Numbered from the stretch's first letter, positions 8,022 through 16,450 are shown. The stretch: 20,000 nt of DNA from an uncultured virus (IMG/VR IMGVR_UViG_3300024270_000031) (IMGVR_UViG_3300024270_000031:115442-135441); one strand, 5' to 3'. Notes: generated by a model from the sequence alone, not told the origin. Numbers and translations are program-made.

Positions 8022-9203
8022 ATGGTAACATACATTTATTTTGTAAAGTGCCCTAACTGTGAAGATGAGCACTTTGATTTCTTTGATGATGCTAAAGCTT
8101 TCGCAAGAGGTTGCATGAGTAAGAAACCTATTATCACTCAGACTGAGGTAGAGAGAAATGACTTTGGTGAGTGTACTGACTCTTCTGATCTCGGAACTAT
8201 CTGGTCTTGGGAAGATGAGATGGAAGAACCCGAAGCAGAACCTGAAACTAAGTTCTCTAAAGATGACGTTGTGAGTGACTACGACCCAGACACTGACCCT
8301 GAATTCGCAGATGACGATTTTTTTGCTGTTAATGACGACTTATACGAAAGTGCCGAAATTTCGTTTACTAATAATGCCGACAGAGATGAGTTTTTTAAGC
8401 TTTGTTCCGAAATTGGTATAGTTACAGGTGCGGACCTTAAGAAGTTTATGGATGAGTTTGGTGCAGATGACAGCAATATTCTTGCTAAGCTTAGAGAGTA
8501 CAGAGCAGAACTCGGAGATGACTTTAAGATCGAGGAGTGCCAAAGAAAGCCGATTCCTGAGGGAATGACTATTGAGCAGTTAGTAGAGACCATGCAAGAG
8601 AACGAGGACATGGTTGAGTGTGCTGGTTGTGAAGAGCTCTTTCCTAAGGACGAGTGTTTCCATAAAGATGATATTGGCTGGCTCTGTGGTGATTGCGAAG
8701 ACAGAATAGTTAAGTGCACTTGGTGCGAAGAACTTTATGATAAAAGTGAGTGTCGTTATGAAGTAGACCTTGGATGGCTCTGCAGTAGATGCGAAGCTGC
8801 TATTAAGTCGAGAGGTGAAACTCTTACTTTCCGAGAGGGAAACTATTGGGATTTCCTTGACGAAGATGTAGAGGAACTTCATGACCTTGGAAATACTTAC
8901 GATGGTGGTTATCCTGAAACTCGTACTTGGATGTGCTATCTTAATGGTAATGACCTTGGTACAGTAGAAGCTACTACTGAAGAAGAAGCTTATCTTAAGA
9001 TGGAACAGACTTGGCCAGAATATAGATACAATAACGAAGATGTCCAGGTAATTCCGGTAGATGAGCTTGAGGAGAGCACTTCTAAAGTGGATACTCTTGA
9101 AGAAGCTACAGATTACAGAAAGCGTTTGACTGCTTGCCCTGAATGTGGCAGTGAGTCATACGATGCTGAAACACGTTTCTGCCTTAAGTGCGGATTTAAT
9201 TAA
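8022..9203 (+). CDS. Acidic multi-module protein with several CxxC Zn fingers and LxE linkers
   Basis: SD AAGGAG 8007-8012 then ATG 8022. CPNC, CAGC/CGDC, CTWC/CSRC and CPEC/CLKC pairs. DDLYES, FKIEE, FLDE, ELEES and TLEEA lie between modules. Confidence 0.75.
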   Translation: MVTYIYFVKCPNCEDEHFDFFDDAKAFARGCMSKKPIITQTEVERNDFGECTDSSDLGTIWSWEDEMEEPEAEPETKFSKDDVVSDYDPDTDPEFADDDFFAVNDDLYESAEISFTNNADRDEFFKLCSEIGIVTGADLKKFMDEFGADDSNILAKLREYRAELGDDFKIEECQRKPIPEGMTIEQLVETMQENEDMVECAGCEELFPKDECFHKDDIGWLCGDCEDRIVKCTWCEELYDKSECRYEVDLGWLCSRCEAAIKSRGETLTFREGNYWDFLDEDVEELHDLGNTYDGGYPETRTWMCYLNGNDLGTVEATTEEEAYLKMEQTWPEYRYNNEDVQVIPVDELEESTSKVDTLEEATDYRKRLTACPECGSESYDAETRFCLKCGFN

Positions 9204-9316
9204 GTTTAAACTGAATAACTAATAAGTCTCAGGTTAGAAATTCATTTTAATATATCGTATATTATGAGAGGACTTAATATACGAAAATAAATAAACTAAT
9301 AGGATGGTAATTTAAA

Positions 9317-9829
9317 ATGAAGAAAGATAATCAGAACATTGAAAATGTTGCGAAGGATACCAAGCTTGGCTACTCCTTCTATTCCAGATTGCTCGGCAAG
9401 CCTTTCGATACAGTAGAAGAGCTTGCTGCAGCAGAAACTGCTTACTATGATAAGCTCAGAGCTAAGGATGAGAAAGCCGCTGCTAAGAAAGCAGATGCTC
9501 AGAAAGTAGAGGATGCTTTTAAAGCTCTCAACGCAGCTCGTAGAGATTATAAGAGTAAGCTTAATCAGCTTACGGAAGAGTTCAGTGAAGCACTCGCAGA
9601 CCTTAAGAAAGCTTACGAGCTTGGTAAGGCTGACATCCATAACACTCTCGCTGCCGCAGAGAAAGCTTATGATGATGCGCTCAGAACCTTTACCGAAAAG
9701 TATCCTGAAGGATATCACCTTACTCTTAAGGATGGCGATTTCGAAACGACTATTAGTAGTCAGACCACGAAGAATACTTTTGATAATAAGAATCTCGCGG
9801 ATATCTTCAGCCTGCTGTTTAATATTTAA
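9317..9829 (+). CDS. Coiled-coil hypothetical protein
   Basis: Ala/Lys/Glu-rich helical 170-aa ORF with phage-like codon usage. Confidence 0.8.
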   Translation: MKKDNQNIENVAKDTKLGYSFYSRLLGKPFDTVEELAAAETAYYDKLRAKDEKAAAKKADAQKVEDAFKALNAARRDYKSKLNQLTEEFSEALADLKKAYELGKADIHNTLAAAEKAYDDALRTFTEKYPEGYHLTLKDGDFETTISSQTTKNTFDNKNLADIFSLLFNI

Positions 9830-9894
9830 GTATACATAAAAAATTACTGAGACAATTTAAAAATTTCGATTTTTTATTGTATTATATAATATAA

Positions 9895-9970
9895 GATGAA
9901 AATCTTGTAGACAAGTTTCCTCCTTTGTTAAACGCCTTGATGATTCCTCCGATCAAGGCGTTTTTATTTT
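9895..9970 (+). ncRNA. Candidate small RNA with two anti-SD (UUCCUCC) elements and a terminator
   Basis: Class II promoter motif at 9875. TTCCTCC at 9917-9923 and again in the loop of AAACGCCTTGAT-gattcctccg-ATCAAGGCGTTT, followed by a T tract. Confidence 0.5.
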
Positions 9971-9990
9971 ATTTAGTTATAGGATGTATT

Positions 9991-10368
9991 ATGCAAACAA
10001 CAGAAGCACAACAGCTTTTATCAGAAATATTTGAACGAGCCGAAAAAGAACAGATTACAGAATTTCAGCTTATTACTTCTTGGGATGCTTTTATAGGCTG
10101 CTGGAAATTCCATAAAGCAACTAAGTTAATTATTAACGCTCTTAAAGATTCTTCTGCAACCTTATTTAAGGAGTACTGTAGTGAGGTAGCTACCGGATCT
10201 GCTGTAGTAGAAAAGCTTCTTGCTTATAATAGACTGCAGAACGTTATTGAGTTCTATGAGAGAGATCTTGCGGTATTACGAAGTATGCTGGATGAGTACG
10301 ATGAATATCTTGGGAATGGCCACTTCTGGTATTCTTTCTTAGGAGGCGAGAGGGACTTATGGAACTAA
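9991..10368 (+). CDS. Hypothetical protein
   Basis: ATG 9991 follows AGGATG; the longer TTG start in the ORF track runs through a terminator hairpin. Confidence 0.75.
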   Translation: MQTTEAQQLLSEIFERAEKEQITEFQLITSWDAFIGCWKFHKATKLIINALKDSSATLFKEYCSEVATGSAVVEKLLAYNRLQNVIEFYERDLAVLRSMLDEYDEYLGNGHFWYSFLGGERDLWN

Positions 10369-10577
10369 CTACTCTATTTCAGACTTATGCTGAGCTTGAG
10401 AACCCGCCGGTAATTGAACTACTTAATATCCGGAAAGAACCGGTTGGAGCTATCTATTTAGATAAGTTTAAGTATAAGAATTTCGTAGTATCCGAAACGA
10501 ATAACTCTGAGAAGTACTATCTTTATGTCGATGGACTCGGAATTTATTTCTCTTTTTATCAAAAAATAACACCGTAA
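10359..10577 (+). CDS. Hypothetical protein
   Basis: 72-aa ORF, SD GAGGG, overlapping the previous stop. Confidence 0.7.
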   Translation: MELTTLFQTYAELENPPVIELLNIRKEPVGAIYLDKFKYKNFVVSETNNSEKYYLYVDGLGIYFSFYQKITP

Positions 10578-10595
10578 TTATCGTATAATATTATA

Positions 10596-10692
10596 GGTGA
10601 TTGCGAGTATGTGGTGTTCATTGGCATCAGGGGCGATGAGGTAAAACTCGTCGTCCCGCTCCTTTTATAGGGTAAAATTGACCCTGTAATCA
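10596..10692 (+). ncRNA. Candidate multi-branch structured RNA upstream of nrdD
   Basis: Five compatible helices rich in G-U pairs, starting right after a class II promoter motif at 10579. Confidence 0.5.
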
Positions 10693-10701
10693 GCTAAATT
10701 A
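10693..10701 (+). promoter_or_regulatory. Class III promoter motif GCTAAATTA
   Basis: Upstream of nrdD, followed by an AGAGT-TTCG-GCTCT tetraloop hairpin. Confidence 0.5.
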
Positions 10702-10751
10702 AATACAGAGTTTCGGCTCTTAGACATAAAAATTAAGGAAAGGTATTGATT

Positions 10752-12956
10752 ATGCAAAGAGTTATTAAGCGTGATGGCAGAGAAGTCGAATTCGATAAGT
10801 CTAAGATTATCAAGGCAATTTCTCAGGCTAATCAGGAAGTTATTAAATCAAAGCAGATTGGTCCTAGAAAGATTGATCAGCTTGCAACTATTGTAGAAGA
10901 GAAGTGTAAAGTATATAAGAGGGCAATTAAAGTCGAGGACATTAATGACCTGATCGAAGACGAACTCATCTCCCGAAATTACAACAATCTCGTTCGTGCA
11001 TTTATTAAATATAGATACAATAAGGAGCTTGTTAGAAAGTCAAACACTACCGATGATTCGATCTTGAGTTTGATTAACCTCGCAAATGAGGAACTCAAGC
11101 AGGAGAACGCGAACAAGAATCCTGTAGTTAATTCTACGCAGAGAGATTACATGGCAGGAGAAACTAGTAAGGATATTACCAGAAGACTTCTTCTTCCTAA
11201 GGATGTAGTCAAGGCTCATGATGATGGTACTATTCACTTCCATGACTCAGATTACTTCATTCAGAAGATGCATAACTGTGATTTAGTTAATCTCGAAGAT
11301 ATGCTTCAGAACGGAACCGTAATTTCCGGTACTCTAGTTGAGAAGCCTCATAGTTTTGCTACCGCTTGTAATATTGCGACACAGATCATCGCACAAGTAA
11401 GTAGTAACCAGTATGGCGGTCAGTCAATCACCCTCTCACATCTTGCTCCTTTCGTAGACGTCTCTAGGCGTAAGATTATGGATGAAGTAAGAGCTGAATT
11501 CGATATGGTAGGTTTCGATACAGAAGCTGAAGCCGAAATTGCTGCAATTACAGAAAAGCGTGTAAGAGCAGAAGTAAAGCGCGGCGTTCAGACTATCCAG
11601 TATCAGGTTAATACCCTGCTCACTACAAATGGTCAAGCCCCTTTCATCACTGTGTTTATGTATCTCAATGAAGTAGAAGATGAGCGGACTAAGAAAGATC
11701 TTGCGATGGTTATCGAAGAAGTTCTTCGTCAGAGAACTGAGGGCATCAAGAATGAGAAAGGCGTCTGGGTTTCCCCCGCGTTCCCAAAACTTGTATATGT
11801 TCTAGAAGAAGATAACGTGTATCCTAATTCCGAGTACTGGTATCTTACTAAGCTTGCAGCAAAGTGTACTGCTAAGCGACTTGTTCCGGATTACATTAGT
11901 GAGAAGATCATGAAGGAACTCAAGGAAGGCGGATGCTTCGCTCCTATGGGTTGTAGATCCTGTCTCTCTCCTTGGTATGATGAGAATGGTAAACAGAAGT
12001 GGTACGGCCGCTTTAATAAGGGTGTAGTCACCGTCAACTTAGTTGATGTCGCGTGTGGATCCGATGGTGCGAACTACTCGAAGGATCTTAGTAGCTTCTG
12101 GAAGAACTTCGATGAAGTACTTGAGCTCTGTCATAAAGCCCTGCTCTGCCGCTACGAAAGACTCAAGGGTACAGTAAGCGACGTCGCTCCCATCCTCTGG
12201 CAGCATGGTGCTATCGCTAGACTTAAGAAAGGTGAGACTATCGATAAGCTTCTTACTGGCGGATACTCGACTATCTCACTTGGATACGCTGGTTTGTGGG
12301 AATGTGTGGTAGAACTTATTGGTAAGGACCTTCTAACCGAAGAAGGCCAGGAACTCGGACTCGAGATCATGCGATACATGAACAAGAAGTGCGATGAGTG
12401 GAACAAGGAACTCTATCTCGGCTTCGGAATCTACGGAACCCCTCTTGAGAGCACTACTTACAAGTTTGCTAAGTGCTTGCAGAAGCGCTGGGGCGAAATT
12501 CCCGGAGTTACAGATAAGAACTATATTACTAATAGTTATCATGTTCATGTAACTAAAGAGATAGATCCTTTCGAAAAGCTTGCGGTAGAAGCGAAGTTCC
12601 AGAGACTTTCTTCCGGCGGTGCAATCAGCTACATCGAAAGTGCGAACCTAGAGAATAACCTCGAAGCAGTACTTACAGTAATCCAGTATATCTACGATAA
12701 CATCATGTATGCGGAACTCAACATTAAGTCAGACTACTGTCAGGAGTGTGGCTGGGATCGTGAGATCATGATCGTAGAAGATGAGTCGGGTAAGCTTGTC
12801 TGGGAGTGTCCTAACTGTGGTAACAGAGACCAAAGCAAGATGAATGTTGCTAGAAGAACTTGTGGCTACATCGGAACTCAGTTCTTTAACCAAGGCAGAA
12901 CTGCAGAGATTAAAGACCGCTTCGTTCATATGGACTGTCATGAGTGTGGGTGCTAA
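10752..12956 (+). CDS. nrdD: Anaerobic (class III) ribonucleoside-triphosphate reductase with ATP cone
   Basis: N-terminal VIKRDG ATP cone, HFHD, QYGGQS, TPLEST, CQEC/CPNC Zn site and the glycyl-radical motif RRTCGYIG. Confidence 0.97.
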   Translation: MQRVIKRDGREVEFDKSKIIKAISQANQEVIKSKQIGPRKIDQLATIVEEKCKVYKRAIKVEDINDLIEDELISRNYNNLVRAFIKYRYNKELVRKSNTTDDSILSLINLANEELKQENANKNPVVNSTQRDYMAGETSKDITRRLLLPKDVVKAHDDGTIHFHDSDYFIQKMHNCDLVNLEDMLQNGTVISGTLVEKPHSFATACNIATQIIAQVSSNQYGGQSITLSHLAPFVDVSRRKIMDEVRAEFDMVGFDTEAEAEIAAITEKRVRAEVKRGVQTIQYQVNTLLTTNGQAPFITVFMYLNEVEDERTKKDLAMVIEEVLRQRTEGIKNEKGVWVSPAFPKLVYVLEEDNVYPNSEYWYLTKLAAKCTAKRLVPDYISEKIMKELKEGGCFAPMGCRSCLSPWYDENGKQKWYGRFNKGVVTVNLVDVACGSDGANYSKDLSSFWKNFDEVLELCHKALLCRYERLKGTVSDVAPILWQHGAIARLKKGETIDKLLTGGYSTISLGYAGLWECVVELIGKDLLTEEGQELGLEIMRYMNKKCDEWNKELYLGFGIYGTPLESTTYKFAKCLQKRWGEIPGVTDKNYITNSYHVHVTKEIDPFEKLAVEAKFQRLSSGGAISYIESANLENNLEAVLTVIQYIYDNIMYAELNIKSDYCQECGWDREIMIVEDESGKLVWECPNCGNRDQSKMNVARRTCGYIGTQFFNQGRTAEIKDRFVHMDCHECGC

Positions 12957-13444
12957 TGAATTATAGTCAGATTAGAAGTTTAGATATTGCTAATGGCCCT
13001 GGCTGCCGGATCAGTCTCTTCGTTAGTGGCTGCGAGCACAGATGTAAGAACTGCTTTAACCCGGAAACTTGGAACTTTGATCATGGCAAGGAGTTTACTG
13101 AGGATATTTTAACTAGTATCCTCAAACTCGCTAAGCCGGATCATATTAGCGGACTGAGTATTCTTGGTGGAGAACCCTTGCACCCTAGGAACCTTGCTGA
13201 GGTATGTCGACTTGCCAGAAGATTTAAGGAAGTGTATCCGGATAAAACTGTTTGGCTTTGGACCGGCTACTTGTTAGAAGAAGTATTAGAGGGTCTAGTA
13301 GATTCCGGAATCGATGTAGTAGTCGACGGTAGATTCGTAGAAGAACTAAAAGACCTTAGACTGAAATATCGCGGATCTTCGAACCAAAGAATTATCGACC
13401 TAAAAGAAACTCTCCGAACCGGCGACCTTATATTATATGAATAA
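12956..13444 (+). CDS. nrdG: Anaerobic RNR activating radical-SAM enzyme
   Basis: DIANGPG.R.SLFVSGCEHRCKNCFN, GGEP and RGSSNQR motifs; TAATG coupling with nrdD. Confidence 0.95.
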   Translation: MNYSQIRSLDIANGPGCRISLFVSGCEHRCKNCFNPETWNFDHGKEFTEDILTSILKLAKPDHISGLSILGGEPLHPRNLAEVCRLARRFKEVYPDKTVWLWTGYLLEEVLEGLVDSGIDVVVDGRFVEELKDLRLKYRGSSNQRIIDLKETLRTGDLILYE

Positions 13445-13450
13445 AAAGAT

Positions 13451-13515
13451 TAACGTTTGTTATTATTGACGAAACCCTATATTTCGTTTATATTAACAAA
13501 CGTTATTTTTATTTT
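13451..13515 (+). terminator. Long hairpin terminator
   Basis: TAACGTTTGTTA...GACGAAA-ccctata-TTTCGTT...TAACAAACGTTA followed by TTTTTATTTT. Confidence 0.7.
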
Positions 13516-13563
13516 GCACAAAAGCACACAGAAAAATTATTGAAACTTTGTTGGTTTTGTCGG

Positions 13564-13592
13564 TTTACAAATCGCGCGAAACGTGATATAAT
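13564..13592 (+). promoter_or_regulatory. SigmaA-type early promoter
   Basis: TTTACA-17 nt-TATAAT with extended TGn; flanks conserved with 15280 and 18443. Confidence 0.85.
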
Positions 13593-13624
13593 ATTAATGT
13601 AAGAAAACAACGGAGGAAATTAAA

Positions 13625-13876
13625 ATGAGTAAATTTAATGTTGGTGACATTATCAAAGCAAAGCCCGAGTGGCTCGGACCTCGTGAGACTGGTGAGGAGA
13701 GATACCTCGTTCTCGAAGACAGAGGCAATAAAACTTTAGTTGCCTACATCGATGTGAATCATGTATTCTCTTTCGGCAGCACTCATGTCTACGCAGACGA
13801 GTGGATGGAACTTGATCCCAATCCATCAAATGAAGTTCTCATGACGATTATGGATATGACCAATGGAAAGATGTGA
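13625..13876 (+). CDS. Hypothetical early protein
   Basis: Strong SD GGAGG; FNVGDII N-terminus is common in small phage proteins. Confidence 0.8.
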   Translation: MSKFNVGDIIKAKPEWLGPRETGEERYLVLEDRGNKTLVAYIDVNHVFSFGSTHVYADEWMELDPNPSNEVLMTIMDMTNGKM

Positions 13877-13888
13877 GGAGGAAAACAG

Positions 13889-14071
13889 ATGAGACAAAGA
13901 ACGCATGAAGTCAGAGCTAAGAAGCCTGACAACATTATTCGCTTTACGATCGATGTTGCTTCAGTTCCTAACCCTGATAGAAAGTTTAGCCGGCTAAAGA
14001 ACAAAGCTCAGGTCTTTGACGACCGCCGAAAGAGAAAGCCTAAGTATAAACCCAATTACATGGAGGACTAA
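13889..14071 (+). CDS. Small basic hypothetical protein
   Basis: SD GGAGG; 60 aa, K/R-rich C-terminus. Confidence 0.7.
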   Translation: MRQRTHEVRAKKPDNIIRFTIDVASVPNPDRKFSRLKNKAQVFDDRRKRKPKYKPNYMED

Positions 14072-14074
14072 AAT

Positions 14075-14374
14075 ATGATTACATATAAGATTCATCAGAT
14101 TAAGGACATCGCAAATACTGACTATGCTTTCAGAGGTTATGATCCTAAGAAGTTTAATTTCAAGGATTACGAGTGCCTCGGAGAGGGAGAGTTCGATGCA
14201 GAAGCAAAGACTGCTACCGAGATTTGTGATATTATCTTTCATGTATTTAACATGAGAATGCCGGCAGACTTTAAGGGACACTCTTTATCAGTGAGCGACG
14301 TGATTGAGCTTAAGACTGATATTACCACAAGCTTTTATTATTGTGATATTGTTGGTTGGGTGCGCATCAAATAA
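14075..14374 (+). CDS. YodL-like domain protein
   Basis: YKIHQIK..YAF...DY....GE....IF..FN...PADFKGHSLSVSDVIEL matches the YodL family signature. Confidence 0.85.
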   Translation: MITYKIHQIKDIANTDYAFRGYDPKKFNFKDYECLGEGEFDAEAKTATEICDIIFHVFNMRMPADFKGHSLSVSDVIELKTDITTSFYYCDIVGWVRIK

Positions 14375-14422
14375 TTATTAACAATTTATTTACAGTCTGT
14401 TAGCACATTATCTGACAAAATA

Positions 14423-14431
14423 TGTTATAAT
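14423..14431 (+). promoter_or_regulatory. Extended -10 early promoter
   Basis: TGTTATAAT with CAAAATA upstream and ATGTAAGAAAA downstream, as in the other early promoters; the -35 is weak. Confidence 0.6.
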
Positions 14432-14466
14432 ATAAATGTAAGAAAAATTTAAGAGAGGTACATATT

Positions 14467-15054
14467 ATGAACGTAAAAGAATTGTTTGAGAATGAAGAGC
14501 TTATGGATTCTATCGTAGAGGACATCGAGGATATTCCTGAAGACTCTGAAGTAACTTACGAAGTATGGGCACTCGGCTACAATGATGAGGACGAGCCTAC
14601 CGATACCGAAGTTCTTGTTGGAGAGTTTGTTAACCCTGATGAAGCCGTCGCTTGTGCAGAGAAAGTTACTGTAGTAGCACTCGATGAGATCGGTTATGAG
14701 AAACTTGATAAGTCTACTATGTACTTCTCTATTGAAGTTGAAACTGTAGTGGCTGATCCTGACGATGAAGGTACTATAAATATTGGTACTATCTATTCGA
14801 GAGACCTTTGGATTGATGATGAGTACGGTCCCGACTATGAAGAGAATATAGTAGCTCTTGCTGATGAAGATTATGAACTCCTCGATGATGGCACTCTTAA
14901 GATTCCCTGCAAACTGCTAAGAGACTTCAATAAGAATGATCTTATTGGAATCGACTTTGTTAAAGAAGTCAACAAGGCTATTCTCTTCTATAAGATTATT
15001 TCGAAGGTTACTTACGCTGACGGCAACTATTACCACTGCGAACTTATTATTTAA
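14467..15054 (+). CDS. Highly acidic hypothetical protein
   Basis: 195 aa, D/E-rich, SD GAGAGG. Confidence 0.8.
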   Translation: MNVKELFENEELMDSIVEDIEDIPEDSEVTYEVWALGYNDEDEPTDTEVLVGEFVNPDEAVACAEKVTVVALDEIGYEKLDKSTMYFSIEVETVVADPDDEGTINIGTIYSRDLWIDDEYGPDYEENIVALADEDYELLDDGTLKIPCKLLRDFNKNDLIGIDFVKEVNKAILFYKIISKVTYADGNYYHCELII

Positions 15055-15057
15055 GGG

Positions 15058-15086
15058 TTTACAAAACTCTTCATTTATTATATAAT
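15058..15086 (+). promoter_or_regulatory. SigmaA-type promoter with no downstream ORF
   Basis: TTTACA (15058-63), 17 nt, TATAAT (15081-86). Confidence 0.7.
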
Positions 15087-15091
15087 AGACT

Positions 15092-15230
15092 TGTATCCTA
15101 AATACACAACCATTAAAGCCAAACGTTTTTCCGTAGACTCATAGGGAAGAGCATTATAATATTTTTATTCTAATTGCCTAACTTCTATAAACCTTCTTAA
15201 TCGGCTCTTCCTTATGGTGTCTCTACATAT
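15092..15230 (+). ncRNA. Candidate early small RNA (long stem, 51-nt AU-rich loop)
   Basis: CATAGGGAAGAGC (15140-52) pairs with GCTCTTCCTTATG (15204-16), extended by GTAGAC/GTCTCTAC; it has its own promoter. Confidence 0.5.
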
Positions 15231-15279
15231 TGCACAGAAATAAATAAAATAATTTTGAAAACTTCGGTTGTTTTGTCAG

Positions 15280-15308
15280 TTTACAAATCGACCTTTTTGT
15301 GATATAAT
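15280..15308 (+). promoter_or_regulatory. SigmaA-type early promoter
   Basis: TTTACA-17 nt-TATAAT with extended TG. Confidence 0.85.
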
Positions 15309-15347
15309 ATATACGTAAGAAACACTGATACTTTGGAGGAAAGTAAA

Positions 15348-15644
15348 ATGGAAAAACTTTATATTGTTTGTTGGGGCTCGGCTGGACAGGACGATGTTGG
15401 AAACTCTAAAGCTTTTTGCGGAGTTCACGGAGTTTATACTTCTAAGTCTGACGCTCTCAAAGGTCTTGTAGAGTGTAAGGATGTCTGCTATGACGAGGTT
15501 GTTCAGTCCGATGACCATGTGGAGCTTGAGTACAACATGTCTCGTACCAGAGTCTATGGTTCCGAGGCTGAAGAGTACTTCGAGATTGATTGGGACTTTG
15601 CAGATGTGACCAACGAAATCTATATTACTATTGCTGAGCACTGA
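15348..15644 (+). CDS. Acidic hypothetical protein
   Basis: SD GGAGG 15335-39 then ATG 15348. Confidence 0.8.
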   Translation: MEKLYIVCWGSAGQDDVGNSKAFCGVHGVYTSKSDALKGLVECKDVCYDEVVQSDDHVELEYNMSRTRVYGSEAEEYFEIDWDFADVTNEIYITIAEH

Positions 15645-15657
15645 GGAGGACTACATA

Positions 15658-16386
15658 ATGTTTTACCAGACTGGAATTGATATTACAAACGATAAGCAAA
15701 TGTTCAATTTTCTTAAGGACCACTTCAGATACCCTACTATGAACTCTTGGAACGGAGTTTATTCTATTGCAAACAACGTAAAGGTACATAGACTTAATCT
15801 CAGCGGAGACTGCTGGACTGCTCTTAATCTTCTTAATAACGGAGAGTACGAAGTACTTAACGATATAATCAGAGAATGGGAGAGGGAGCATCCCGGTTAC
15901 GTTGTCGGCTTCAATGGAAGAAGCGGTGGTTATCTTGTTCTTTATAACAAAGACGACCGTGGTGATGTTCTTCCTTGCTCTATAACTGATAATGATGATT
16001 ATTCTCAGTATAAGGAATGGTGTCGTTATTACGGATATACGGTAAAAGAAAACCGCTTTGAGCTTCAGATGTTTACTAAGCTCGTTCGTGAGTTCGATAA
16101 ACTTTGTGATGAACTCAGAGCTTTCTGTGATTGGCTGTCTCAGCTTAAGTTCGAAGTTATCGAGATGGATAAAGCTGTCGAAGACTTCAACTATATTTAT
16201 GCTGACGACCTCGAGTACCTCGGCTTTGCTGAGCTCTCTTGCACGGATGAGGGTAAGGTAGACTGCTCTGAGATTCGTCAACTTGCTTGCTTGATGGAAG
16301 CTTTTATTAAGCTTGCAGACCGTTCTGACTCTGGGTATTCTATTACCTGTGATGATAACGGAATAACGTATTATGAGCATTACTAA
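15658..16386 (+). CDS. Conserved phage/MGE hypothetical protein (HFRY.TMNSWN ... GFNGRSGGYLVLY)
   Basis: SD GAGGAGG then ATG 15658. The motifs look familiar from Firmicute MGEs, but I cannot assign a function. Confidence 0.8.
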   Translation: MFYQTGIDITNDKQMFNFLKDHFRYPTMNSWNGVYSIANNVKVHRLNLSGDCWTALNLLNNGEYEVLNDIIREWEREHPGYVVGFNGRSGGYLVLYNKDDRGDVLPCSITDNDDYSQYKEWCRYYGYTVKENRFELQMFTKLVREFDKLCDELRAFCDWLSQLKFEVIEMDKAVEDFNYIYADDLEYLGFAELSCTDEGKVDCSEIRQLACLMEAFIKLADRSDSGYSITCDDNGITYYEHY

Positions 16387-16421
16387 TTTGTGAATAGTTT
16401 GTAAACATATGCCAAAAGGGG

Positions 16422-16450
16422 TTTACTTTTGTCACAAAATGTGTTATAAT
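16422..16450 (+). promoter_or_regulatory. SigmaA-type early promoter
   Basis: TTTACT-17 nt-TATAAT with extended TG. Confidence 0.8.

Noticed and set aside
10596..10665. tRNA or hammerhead ribozyme
   Set aside because: No TTC-containing T-arm, anticodon arm or CCA end, and it lacks the CUGAUGA/GAAA core; kept only as an unknown structured RNA.
13470..13486. CGAAAC-N5-ATTTCG as a member of the N7 palindrome family
   Set aside because: The spacer is 5 nt and it forms the top of a terminator hairpin, so it was not counted. It does share ATTATTGACGAAAC with 7951.
13889..14071. ArfA-like ribosome rescue factor
   Set aside because: Only a generic basic tail is present; the KGKGSY-type motif is missing.
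16388..16405. Rex-like box TTGTGAA-tagt-TTGTAAA
   Set aside because: The right half deviates from TTCACAA, and it is a single weak instance in AT-rich DNA.
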